64,000 bases of DNA, taken from positions 2,848,001 to 2,912,000 of the forward strand of contig OY760074.1 in the NCBI GenBank assembly GCA_963663035.1. Direction: 5' to 3'. Made by a program: the position numbers and the translations under genes. A model generated the notes under the pieces. The model made no database searches. It saw nothing but the letters and a program-made list of their open reading frames with translations, and was not told where the DNA came from. Within the stretch, counting starts at the first letter, position 1; each line of letters opens with the position of its first letter. This stretch comes from Acidobacteriota bacterium. Its GTDB lineage: Bacteria > Acidobacteriota > UBA6911 > RPQK01 > JADFOI01. Positions 31,302 to 40,458 of the stretch are shown here, in pieces.

Positions 31302-32540
31302 TTGTCCGCCGTGCCAGGTCCTGATCGAGGTCGTCGTGCATTCCTGAGCTTCCTCGCAAGCAGTCCTCTCTTCGCGAGTGCGGGATCGCTCGGTGCCGTC
31401 TTTCAAGACGACTTCGTCATATCTAGGCCGGAAGAGGCCATCAATGTGTTGGAGTTCGAAGCGGCTGCCCGGAAGACCTTACCCCTGCGCATTGGGGCTA
31501 CCTGAGTGGACTTCAAATGGTCCCGGGTCTAACTTAGAGGGTGGACTCGTTCGTGGGGGCAGGCCACCGGCGTGGACGATGAGGCAACGCTGAAAGCAGA
31601 CCGAGAGGGTTTCTCGCACTACCAGTTGCGTCCGCGGCGCCTGGTGGACGTCAGCACGATCGACATGAGTGTCGATCTCTTTGGGACGCAGTGGGAGACA
31701 CCGATCGTACTGGCGCCATGTGGAACCATCTTTCATCCCGAAGGGGCATACGCTGTCGCGCGGGCCGCGCAGAAGCGCCAGACCCTGCAGATTCTCGCGA
31801 GCGGCCAGGAAGCGGAACGCCCGATCGAGCGAGTGATGAACGTGCGAGGCGGTCCCGTCTGGTATCAACTCTACGCCTCGCAGGACCTCGGAGACACGTT
31901 GCAGACGGTCAAGCGCGTGGAGAGTGCGGGCGCTCCGGTTCTGGTGTGGACCGTCGACATGCTCGCGGGCAGGAATCCTGAGACCACGCAGCGACTTCGA
32001 CGTCTCGATACGCGTCAATGTGCGAGTTGTCATACCACCGAGCCGAGGATTGGCCGACCCGGAGGGAGTCCCCGGCAGAACCGTCTCACATGGGACACAC
32101 TTCGCCAGATCAAAGATGCCACGAGGATGAACGTTCTTGTGAAGGGGATCGTCACCTCCGAGGATGCGGAACTCTGCGTCCAGTACGGTGCTGACGGCAT
32201 TATCGTCTCCAACCATGGTGGACGATCGACGGAAACCGGGCGGGCAGCCGTAGACTGTTTGCAGGAAGTCGTTCGGGCCGTTCGTGGCCGGGTGCCGGTG
32301 TTGGTGGACGGAGGTTTTCGCCGAGGTACCGATGTGTTCAAGGCCCTTGCGTTAGGAGCGCGCGCGATCTGTATAGGTCGACCGTATCAGTGGGGAGTCT
32401 CGTCGTTTGGTCAGATCGGCGTAGAGACCGTCTTGTCCCTTCTCCAGCGCGAGCTCCATCTCGTGATGGCGCAGTGCGGGACACGTTCCATCGCCGAGAT
32501 CGGAGCCGCCTCCATCGTCAGGAGATCCTGGCGATTCTGA
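31302..32540 (+). pseudogene. FMN-dependent alpha-hydroxy-acid oxidase with Tat-like leader, disrupted by a 1-nt frameshift and a 58-bp insertion
   Basis: Reconstructs as ARKTLP/PAHWGYL-[31505-31562]-ATGVDDEAT; downstream VKGI, SNHGGR, DGGFRRGTDV motifs. Confidence 0.85.
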
Positions 32541-32768
32541 AAAAGGGTGTGCCGCGGATCGGTCTTTTCGACACCAGTCTTGAGCCCTATTAACCCGCCA
32601 GTGTCTGGTTCTGGGATCAAGTTCGGCCTGTTGGAAGAAGAGGGAGTATCTAGCGCACTTTGGAGTGCACTCCCGATAAATCAATAGATTAAAGATTCAG
32701 CTAGTCGCTCTGAAATGCTCGAAAATAGTCAACTGAGCCCAAATTCGTTCCCACACGTCCGACAAAAA

Positions 32769-32832
32769 ACGCACAGGACTTAAAATCCTGTGAGGGTTTC
32801 CCTCGTGAGGGTTCGAGTCCCTCCCCGGGCAC
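32769..32832 (+). other. 3' portion of tRNA-Leu(TAA); att-site remnant
   Basis: CAGGA-CTTAAAA-TCCTG anticodon arm, long variable arm, GAGGGTTCGAGTCCCTC T-arm, CCCGGGCA; 5' acceptor strand and most of the D-arm absent. Confidence 0.85.
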
Positions 32833-32998
32833 GCTCCTGACGCGGGTTTCAGCCAAGTTGAGTCTCCCCGACTCACCCTCCAAAACCCCAAATTGTGCCT
32901 AAAGTGTGCCCGCGGCAAACTCACTCCAACTCACTCCAGCCAAAATAGCGATTTAAGACTGGCCTGCAGATGTCCCATAAATGAATCACGAATCCGGG

Positions 32999-34258
32999 TT
33001 AGGGGGAAGTAGAATGGGTGGTGAAGGCCTGGAAGTCCCTGCCTGAAAGGGTTTGAAAGATACGCAGATCGAACTCCGGCAGGACGGCCAGAATGTGGTC
33101 AAAAATGTCGGCCTGAATCGCTTCATAGTGTGCCCATCTGATGTCGGTGCAGAAGACATAAATCTCGATCGGCAGACCGTGCTCACCCGGAGCCAACTGG
33201 CGGATGATCAAGGTCATCTCCTGGCTCACCATGGTGTGGTTTTGCAAATAGGCCTGGACGTAGGCTCGAAACGTCCCGATATTGGTCATTCGCCTGCCGT
33301 TGGCCAGGCTTGAATCGTCCACCTTGGCGGACCGGTTGTGCTCGGCCAATTCGGCTCGCTTTGTCTCAACGTATTTGGAAATGTACTGTATTTTGGAGAA
33401 GCGTCCGATCATCTCCTCGGTACAGAATCGAATGCTGTTCATATCAATATGGATTGCACGCTTGATCCTGCGTCCCCCCGATTGCTGCATGCCTCTCCAA
33501 TTCTTGAAGGATTCGCTGATCAGTGCGTAGGTGGGAACCGTGGTGATGGTCTTGTCCCAGTTCTGAACCTTGACGGTCGTCAAGGTCATTTCCACCACAT
33601 CCCCGTCGGCGCCGTATCGAGGCATCTCGATCCAATCTCCCGGGGCCACCATGCGGTTGGCGGTCAACTGAATGCCTGCCACAAAACCCAGAATGGCATC
33701 TTTGAAGATCAACATGAGAACCGCCGTTAAAGCCCCCAGGCCACTCAGGAAATAGAGCGGTGTTCGTTCCAGGATGATGGACAAGATCAAGATCCCCGAG
33801 ACGAAGTACGTGACCAGCTTCAGGACCTGCAGGAAGCTCTTGATGGGAACTTCCCTGGAGATCTCATAGGTCCCATAGATGTCTTGAACGGCATTGAGAA
33901 GGGAATCGACAACCAGGACAGCGACAAGGATCATGTAGATGAGCGCTGCACTGGAATGGAGAGAAGTCAATAGGCCATACCCCTCCAGGGCCAGAGGTAT
34001 CCCCGTGTAAAGAACGAGGGCTGGAGCCAGATGCGACAGCTTGGAGAAGACCCTCCTTTGCACGAGGGCGTCGTCCCAGCTAGTTCGGGAGCGAGAAACC
34101 AGCGATTTGACGACTGATACAATCAATCGCTTGGCCACGAAATTGGCCAGAACGCTCAGGAAAATGACGAAAAAGTAAGCGATGATTCGGGCCAGGACGA
34201 GTGCCGCCGTGGCACCTAGGTTCTGCTCGACCAGCCAGTTTTCGATAAATTCCAACAT
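32999..34258 (-). CDS. Mechanosensitive channel, MscS family (YbdG-like)
   Basis: FKDAILGFVAGIQL, GDWIEMP.YGADG, VKVQNWDKTI, GGRRIKR, TNIGTFRAY, GLPIEIY. Confidence 0.92.
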   Translation of the reverse strand: MLEFIENWLVEQNLGATAALVLARIIAYFFVIFLSVLANFVAKRLIVSVVKSLVSRSRTSWDDALVQRRVFSKLSHLAPALVLYTGIPLALEGYGLLTSLHSSAALIYMILVAVLVVDSLLNAVQDIYGTYEISREVPIKSFLQVLKLVTYFVSGILILSIILERTPLYFLSGLGALTAVLMLIFKDAILGFVAGIQLTANRMVAPGDWIEMPRYGADGDVVEMTLTTVKVQNWDKTITTVPTYALISESFKNWRGMQQSGGRRIKRAIHIDMNSIRFCTEEMIGRFSKIQYISKYVETKRAELAEHNRSAKVDDSSLANGRRMTNIGTFRAYVQAYLQNHTMVSQEMTLIIRQLAPGEHGLPIEIYVFCTDIRWAHYEAIQADIFDHILAVLPEFDLRIFQTLSGRDFQAFTTHSTSP

Positions 34259-34384
34259 CGGCTCCAGATTCTAGCACGGGGTCCCCCGAGGGGAAACGAC
34301 CAGCTAATCTGTGGAGACGGTCGGTTCAAATCAATCTCAATCCTGCCAGAGCGAGGAGACCGGCGAGGACCAGTAACACTTGCG

Positions 34385-34435
34385 AACGACCCTCGCTTCC
34401 AAGACCTGCTTCTGCGGATGAATTTGGAGCCCTAA
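34385..34435 (+). pseudogene. Isolated 3' end of a TolB-N/TPR kinase- or cyclase-type gene
   Basis: Reads NDPRFQDLLLRMNLEP*, the stereotyped C-terminus of such proteins, with no upstream ORF. Confidence 0.6.
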
Positions 34436-34574
34436 ACCGGTCGAGGAGGCATTTCACGAAGATATCTTCCTTGCCTCTCCTTGGCCTCGAATACTTTCAT
34501 GAGTATTTAGATAGGTATTCCACAAAGGAGCAAATGCGGAAAACTTCAGGGGGTTGTCGATCAGTTTCCGGTAA

Positions 34575-34594
34575 GGGCGTTATCCGTCCAAGTG
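34575..34594 (+). repeat. 20-bp direct repeat copy 1 (GGGCGTTATCCGTCCAAGTG)
   Basis: Identical to 36256-36275. Confidence 0.9.
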
Positions 34595-35086
34595 ACTGGC
34601 TGTCCCTGGTTAGGATCGTGTGGGAGCGGCCGCAACCTTCTCCCCCGCCCAAGCTGTTTCCTCACAAGCTGGAAACCTTTATGGCTTCTCTCTCTCCCCG
34701 GCAGGCCCAAGAAATCCGAGCCTCCACGGATTCGGTTTTCTGGGACGATGTCCCGGTCTGGAACGGCTGAAGAGCCAAGGCTCTTCACTCTTCATCCAAT
34801 ACCCGTGTGCCTTATTTTCACTCTTTTCGCACTCATTCCTGCCACACTTACTCTCTCACAACCTCAGGGCAGGCTCTGCCTGTTATTCTCACTATCCAGC
34901 CCCAATATAACCTGTTTTTACCCGCTCTTTTGAGCCGAGATCCATTAGCCTCAGAAAGCAAACTCCTATATGTTAAGTTCCCAGTACCCCCACGACCCTT
35001 CGTGGGAATCCGAAACCGAGCGGCGGTGCGGAATTTACATCGACCATTTGCGTGACTTGCCTTGAGCCGAGACCTATACTCGTACG

Positions 35087-36052
35087 GTGCCGACTCTTTT
35101 TTCGCTACGAATTTGCGCTATTGGATGCCTCGTTGCTTTTTCGAGTTCGTTTGCAGCCGGACAGGTCGCTGCGGACAATTTCATCGTCGGTGTCCTGAAG
35201 GCCAACGGGATTATTGTTCCCGTTGCCACGTACGACGGCACGCGTTGGACGAATTCATGGCCGGGACCAGTCCGAAGGCCAACGACTCCTCCGGCCCCGC
35301 TGGAACAGGTTCCTAGAGAATGGCTGGCTGGTGAGAGTCTGGTTCCAACTTGGAGGCTTTGGCTACCCGCTGGAAGCACCCATGTGATTCGGGTTCTCGG
35401 ATTGCAATATTCCAAAACTGAGTGCGCAGAAATCTGGGGGCTAACCACGGATTTTCCCGCATCGCTGAATGTGCGTCCCAATAGTTGCCCCGATCCGGTG
35501 ATCGGCATCGTGTTGAATACGGACCGTCCGGTGGAGCCAATATTACCCGCCGATATTAGCCGACTGCCGTTTGCCGCACTCGAACGTGCTTTCGCTGAGT
35601 CAGAAAATCGAGAGATTTCAGCATCTATCGAGAGGTTTCCATCGTGGTTTGTCGGACCTACAGATGAGGATACGCGCGCCGCCATTCCGATAAGAGTGGA
35701 GCGTGCCTGGCGAACAACGCTGAGCTCAGGTGACGTGCTGTACTACATCGAGGCGAACCGAAGCTACGCAAAACCTGCCGCTGCCCAGGATAGTGCGTGT
35801 CCGAGTGTTTCCGCTTTTCGCGGGTGGATCGCGCGCGACATCGGGCAGGAAGAAAGGGTGATCGACGAGCGGGTGGAGCTCACGGATTGTGATTTCAAGA
35901 CCGCCGACACTACCACACCCACGGGTCTGCTGCAGCTGGAAGATGGAAACTACGTGATTGCTCGGGTCAATGGGTGGGAGAGCCAGTCTTACCAAATCCT
36001 GAAGATTGAATCTGGCGGCGTAATTCCTCTACTCGAATCTCCACTCCGATAA
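35087..36052 (+). CDS. Secreted hypothetical protein with several Cys
   Basis: 321-aa ORF, signal peptide, no family recognised. Confidence 0.7.
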   Translation: MPTLFSLRICAIGCLVAFSSSFAAGQVAADNFIVGVLKANGIIVPVATYDGTRWTNSWPGPVRRPTTPPAPLEQVPREWLAGESLVPTWRLWLPAGSTHVIRVLGLQYSKTECAEIWGLTTDFPASLNVRPNSCPDPVIGIVLNTDRPVEPILPADISRLPFAALERAFAESENREISASIERFPSWFVGPTDEDTRAAIPIRVERAWRTTLSSGDVLYYIEANRSYAKPAAAQDSACPSVSAFRGWIARDIGQEERVIDERVELTDCDFKTADTTTPTGLLQLEDGNYVIARVNGWESQSYQILKIESGGVIPLLESPLR

Positions 36053-36255
36053 CCGACAAGACTGCAACGTGGCCGCCAAACCGAACGCGCTTGAAGCCAG
36101 GCAAGCGAATCCCATCCACCCTCCCCACCATAAAGCTCAGTAACCTGCTGCAAAAAAATAACTTCCGATTCTCTTACCGGCCTGAATACCGTCACATGGC
36201 CGTATAGTCGGCATACCGGACTAGTGATTTTCGCTCAGCAGCAAGAGGACGAGAT

Positions 36256-36275
36256 GGGCGTTATCCGTCCAAGTG
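36256..36275 (+). repeat. 20-bp direct repeat copy 2
   Basis: Identical to 34575-34594. Confidence 0.9.
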
Positions 36276-36431
36276 GGCGAAAGGGTGGCTTCCGATGAGC
36301 GAGTCTAGGTTCAATATGTTCGCTAGAACAGCCCCATCTATACTTCGATTGAGTATATACGGTCATCAGTTGACATTGCCTTCTAACCCTGCAAAGCCTA
36401 AACATTCAGGAACAATCCGAGGGAGGCTTCG

Positions 36432-36529
36432 ATGTTCGGGACGACCCTTTTCCATTACCGCATTCAGGAGAAAATCAGCGAAGTGGGATGGGGAAAGTGT
36501 ATCGGGTGGAGGATACCAATCTGAAGCGA
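36432..36529 (+). pseudogene. Degenerate 5' fragment of a Ser/Thr protein kinase
   Basis: GGAGG RBS, then MFGTTLFHYRIQEKISE/(frameshift)GMGKVYRVEDTNLKR; homology stops there. Confidence 0.7.
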
Positions 36530-36544
36530 CGGTATAATCCTCAG

Positions 36545-37669
36545 TTATCCGCCGCCTCGCTGGTCACGAGCACTGGGGCGGGCCTGCTTTCCGTCTTCTA
36601 TCCTGTTCCCAGGCAGCCGCGCGGCGACGAAGTCGCTCACCCGGAGAGCCCCCGGCGGGTCGAGGTTGGTCATTACCACGATGACGTAGCCAGAATCCGG
36701 GAAAATCTTGAGGTCAGCGTTGATTCCGGGCGCGCCCCCTCCGTGGCCGAAGCTTCGGTCACCACTCTGATTCGAAACGCAAAATCCATATCCGTAGCTG
36801 TTGCCCTGTATCTGCGGGGCGCCCGACTTGCTGGTGGTCAGGATCTTCGTGTGCTCGGCGTCGAGTAGTTTGTGGCCGGTCAGCGCGGTGGCGAAGCGCA
36901 GAAGGTCCTCGCACGTTGAGTAGCCGCCGCCGGCGGGCGACCCGCGCATCGGCAGCGAGTCGTAGTGGTAGCGCGGCGGTCCTTCGGGGGAGGTGTAGCC
37001 CTTGGCGAGATTTGGCGTGGTCTCGTTCTTCCAATAGGAATCGGAATTGTTCATGCCGGCGCGCGCGTAGATGTTCTTGCGGATGTAGTCGTAGTAGCTC
37101 ATTCCGCTCACCCGCTCGATGATCGCCCCCGCCAGCACCAGGCCGTAGTTGCTGTAGGCAAAGCGCGACCCCGGCTCGAACGCCGGCGCGCGCTTGCCAT
37201 AAAGGGCGATGTAGTCTTTGGGGGTCTTGATCTTTTCGAGTTTGGCGCTGAACTTGGGGCCGAAGATGTCGCCGGTGCCGCCGGTATGTGTGAGCAGATG
37301 ATGGATCGTCACCTTCTTCGCCACGTCGGGGTTCGGGTAGTCCGGGATGTGCTTGCCGACGGGGTCTGTGAACTTGAGCTTGCCATGTCGCGCGAGCTGC
37401 GCCACCCCAACGGCGGTGAACATCTTGTTCATCGAGCCGAGGTTGTATTTGGTGTCAAGGCGGTTGGGAACCTTCTTCTCCCGGTCCTGCATGCCGCGGA
37501 CGTCACTGAACACCGCTTTGCCCTGGCGGGCGATCAGCACGCTGCCGGAGAACCGCTCCTGCCGCACCAACTCGTCGATACGACGCTTGAGAGCCTTGAG
37601 CGCCTCTTCCTCGGTCATCCTCGGCAGCGCGAACTCGGGAGGGGGCGACCCAGGGTTCATAACCGACAT
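36545..37669 (-). CDS. Serine hydrolase (beta-lactamase class C/AmpC-like family), probably N-truncated
   Basis: GSMNK (SxxK), LLTHTGG, YSN, FGHGGG; very GC-rich; no signal peptide. Confidence 0.85.
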   Translation of the reverse strand: MSVMNPGSPPPEFALPRMTEEEALKALKRRIDELVRQERFSGSVLIARQGKAVFSDVRGMQDREKKVPNRLDTKYNLGSMNKMFTAVGVAQLARHGKLKFTDPVGKHIPDYPNPDVAKKVTIHHLLTHTGGTGDIFGPKFSAKLEKIKTPKDYIALYGKRAPAFEPGSRFAYSNYGLVLAGAIIERVSGMSYYDYIRKNIYARAGMNNSDSYWKNETTPNLAKGYTSPEGPPRYHYDSLPMRGSPAGGGYSTCEDLLRFATALTGHKLLDAEHTKILTTSKSGAPQIQGNSYGYGFCVSNQSGDRSFGHGGGAPGINADLKIFPDSGYVIVVMTNLDPPGALRVSDFVAARLPGNRIEDGKQARPSARDQRGGG

Positions 37670-37677
37670 CCAAAAGC

Positions 37678-38208
37678 CTATTCAAGTAATCTAATAGACT
37701 TTATAATATCTCTGAAAAGTTGTTTCTGATTTTCATCAATTGGTGAAAATTGTATATCAATAATACCACCAGTCGGATGCTCAATCCAAGCAATGGCTCT
37801 AAGCTGTCCTTCTTTTAAGAAGCTACTTGAATAATCGATATATGAGTATAAATTTTCTGATAACTCAATAGTTTCACAATCCAAACTTAATATTTTGACC
37901 TTAATTTCATCTTTACATGTCATGGTTAATGATGAGGCTTGTTCGGGGGGAATAAACCTGACAGTCAACCATGCATCACTACCTAATGATGATTGAAAAC
38001 GATACATCATATTCTCTTGAGGCGGAGTTTCCTGGGGAATAAGAAGACTCTTTGGATAATAGAAACTCACATGATAAACTTCGCTTTCAAAAATAACGAA
38101 ATCTGATTCATCCAACGTTTGTCCCAAACACAAATTTACGGAACAAAGAAAAAGAACAGCAACCAGCAACGATATAACTTTATAATTTTTCATTTTAATC
38201 ACGAACAT
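37678..38208 (-). CDS. AT-rich exported hypothetical protein (possible PsbP-like)
   Basis: Signal peptide; YHVSFYYP motif; base composition sharply unlike neighbours. Confidence 0.6.
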   Translation of the reverse strand: MFVIKMKNYKVISLLVAVLFLCSVNLCLGQTLDESDFVIFESEVYHVSFYYPKSLLIPQETPPQENMMYRFQSSLGSDAWLTVRFIPPEQASSLTMTCKDEIKVKILSLDCETIELSENLYSYIDYSSSFLKEGQLRAIAWIEHPTGGIIDIQFSPIDENQKQLFRDIIKSIRLLE

Positions 38209-38210
38209 CC

Positions 38211-38804
38211 TTAATTGTCCCTTCTTGAGGTTCTAACCAGGATTCCCCAGATGGCTCCTCCCAATCGCCGACAAACGTAAGCCGCCTCTGACACCTGCGC
38301 CGTGGGCATCCTGGAGTCCACTTCCGTCTGCTCCTGGGTCAGCTTGGCCAGCCCAAAGTCCAGCACCTTGGCATCGCCCCGCTGGGTGATGAAGATATTG
38401 CCAGGCTTAATATCCCTGTGGACAATGCCTTTGGCGTGAGCCGGATCCAGCGCATCGGCAATCTGAATCCCCAAGTCCAATAGCTCATCCGTTTGCATCG
38501 AGCGGCCCTGGATGCGGTGCTTCACAGTCTGGCCTTCCAGGTACTCCATCACAATAAAAGGCTGACTCTCGTGATTGCCGATGTCATGAATGACGCAAAT
38601 GTTGGGATGGTTAAGGGCGGATGCCGCACGCGCTTCCCTGTGGAAACGATCCAATGCCTGTTTGTTCTCGGCGAATTTCTCAGGCAGGAACTTCAGGGCC
38701 ACATTGCGGCCCAGGCGAGTATCCTCCGCTTTGTAGACCACCCCCATCCCACCGCCGCCCAACTTCTCTGTGATCTTGTAATGCGAGATGGTCTTGCCGA
38801 GCAC
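38211..38804 (-). pseudogene. Truncated Hanks-type Ser/Thr kinase (subdomains I-VII only)
   Basis: [28 protein letters not shown] present; ends before GT..YMSPE, homology lost near 38285. Confidence 0.88.
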
Positions 38805-38932
38805 AACTCCCCCTCACTGCAATGCAGTTGACCTTAATGTTACGCCTTGGAGGGGATCAAAGGCAATGGAGAGCTAGAAAGAAACAAGTAGTATAAGATG
38901 TTGTTTTCAAAGATGATCGAAAGTCAGATAAG

Positions 38933-39607
38933 ATGAAAAGATTCCTCTTCGCAGCATCATCTATGGCCGGGTCTCTCATGGTGCTGCTGGTGTCGCTCAT
39001 GGCGGCTCAGCAACCTTCATTCGACCTGGACTCTTTGGCCACCGGGCCTTTCGCCAGAATGTCGACCTTGTACGAAAAGAGGTTCCTGTTCTTCAGCGTC
39101 GATGTGCTGACCCTCGAGATTCGGTTCGGAAGTGAGGTTGCGGAAAAAGTGAAATCGTTCGTCCAGAACGGCGACGCGTCCTCCCAATTTGCCGACTCCA
39201 TTGCCGACACTGCAATACACGCTCAGGATGCCTTTGTCCATATCCGTTTTCTGCGAAATATCAGCCTCAAGCGGTTCATCCAGGAAGCTCGCCAAAGCAC
39301 CCAGCGCGTTCGCGATGCCGGTATCATAGACAATCCCAGTTATGAACAGATTAGTGAAAACCTGCCTATCTGGTATGCGCCACTGGCAAATAGGGGGATA
39401 CGGGAGGGAGATGAGATATTCTACCGCATCCGGGGTGAGTCGCTGAGAACAGTATACCGCGGTGTGGATGAGGCTATCTATGTTGATCAAGAGGACCAAG
39501 GAAGAGTGGGTCCTTTGGCAGTCCTTGGGGGCTACTTTGTGGCAAAATCCGAGTTCCGCAAGGGCCTGCTCCAGTCCCTGTTTCACGACTCCGACAGCTC
39601 AAACTAA
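38933..39607 (+). CDS. Secreted hypothetical protein (possibly chalcone-isomerase-like fold)
   Basis: Signal peptide, 224 aa; fold guess is weak. Confidence 0.6.
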   Translation: MKRFLFAASSMAGSLMVLLVSLMAAQQPSFDLDSLATGPFARMSTLYEKRFLFFSVDVLTLEIRFGSEVAEKVKSFVQNGDASSQFADSIADTAIHAQDAFVHIRFLRNISLKRFIQEARQSTQRVRDAGIIDNPSYEQISENLPIWYAPLANRGIREGDEIFYRIRGESLRTVYRGVDEAIYVDQEDQGRVGPLAVLGGYFVAKSEFRKGLLQSLFHDSDSSN

Positions 39608-39979
39608 AGGTGCCCGCCAATCAAGGCCACGATGGAAATCGCCCCATTTGTCTGAATCCTTCGTGCAATGGAAGCCCCAGATTCGATCAAATGCCAGATA
39701 CACGCAGGTGGAACATTTCCTGGGTATTTCAACCTTTGCCCTGATAAATTCATCTTCGTATGGGACCGGATCCCTTGGACCATCGATACCGCATGGTCCG
39801 TGATCGAGATGCAGGTAGTGGCCGACCTCATCAATGTGTCTTGTGCATTCCCCTTCGAATAAGTGTTCGCATTCAGAGCATTTCTTGGGCACGGCCCCAC
39901 GTGAGGCCGCATGGGCGAACGGAACCGGCGGCTCGATCGGGCCATCGATGGGACACGCTGGAAAGTATTTACTTTGCAT
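39599..39979 (-). CDS. Cys-rich hypothetical protein
   Basis: Two P(K/R)KCxxC...C repeats; attC-like GTTAGCC 12 nt upstream. Confidence 0.6.
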   Translation of the reverse strand: MQSKYFPACPIDGPIEPPVPFAHAASRGAVPKKCSECEHLFEGECTRHIDEVGHYLHLDHGPCGIDGPRDPVPYEDEFIRAKVEIPRKCSTCVYLAFDRIWGFHCTKDSDKWGDFHRGLDWRAPLV

Positions 39980-40007
39980 CTATCTTCAAGCGGCTAACGC
40001 TGCGCCT

Positions 40008-40458
40008 TCAGACGTCTTGCCCGATTCCCCCCTTCTTGTGCATGTGTTGAACATATCGGTCTTCGATTGCGGCTGTCGGGATGTTGATGACGGTGCCGTT
40101 GTAATGAAAGATGGTCCAAGTATCCTTGGAGTACTTCTGTATCCGAATAATGCCATCGAGAGAGATCCAGAGACGGTCAGACTTGGTTGCGAAGCCCAGT
40201 CCATTTTCTTCCACAATCACGTCCATCTGTCGAACACCAACGAAAATGACGTCGACGAGGCCAATGATGAAGCCGCGTACTAAAAAGAGCGGCAGCAAAA
40301 TGAGCAGGGCTAACCACGGTGACACCGAGACTGCCAAATAAACGAAAAGCGCAGTGCCTCCGCCTGCGATCACGATGAGGCCCCAGAGGTTGGGAGCCCA
40401 GACCCCGAAATGGGCAACGAGGCGCTGTCGGCGACTGAGATCGTATTTAAGATGGCAT
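40008..40458 (-). pseudogene. YcxB-like membrane protein, start codon apparently lost
   Basis: Frame open upstream of 40373 (CHLKYDLSRRQRLVAHFG...) to a TGA; two TMs then EENGLG...IP soluble domain. Confidence 0.5.

Noticed and set aside
31503-31505. In-frame TGA between the two oxidase ORFs as possible selenocysteine/readthrough
   Set aside because: A second stop (TAA) follows and the intervening DNA is an insertion; conserved residues lie in another frame
34318-34335. GGTTCAAATC matching the tRNA-fMet T-loop as a possible attR
   Set aside because: Only 10 nt; the acceptor-stem sequence is absent
34930-35072. TTGAGCCGAGA direct repeat (34930, 35062)
   Set aside because: 11 nt only; no supporting structure
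36545-37669. Bona fide beta-lactam resistance gene
   Set aside because: Motifs fit the broad serine hydrolase/peptidase family; no signal peptide; activity cannot be inferred
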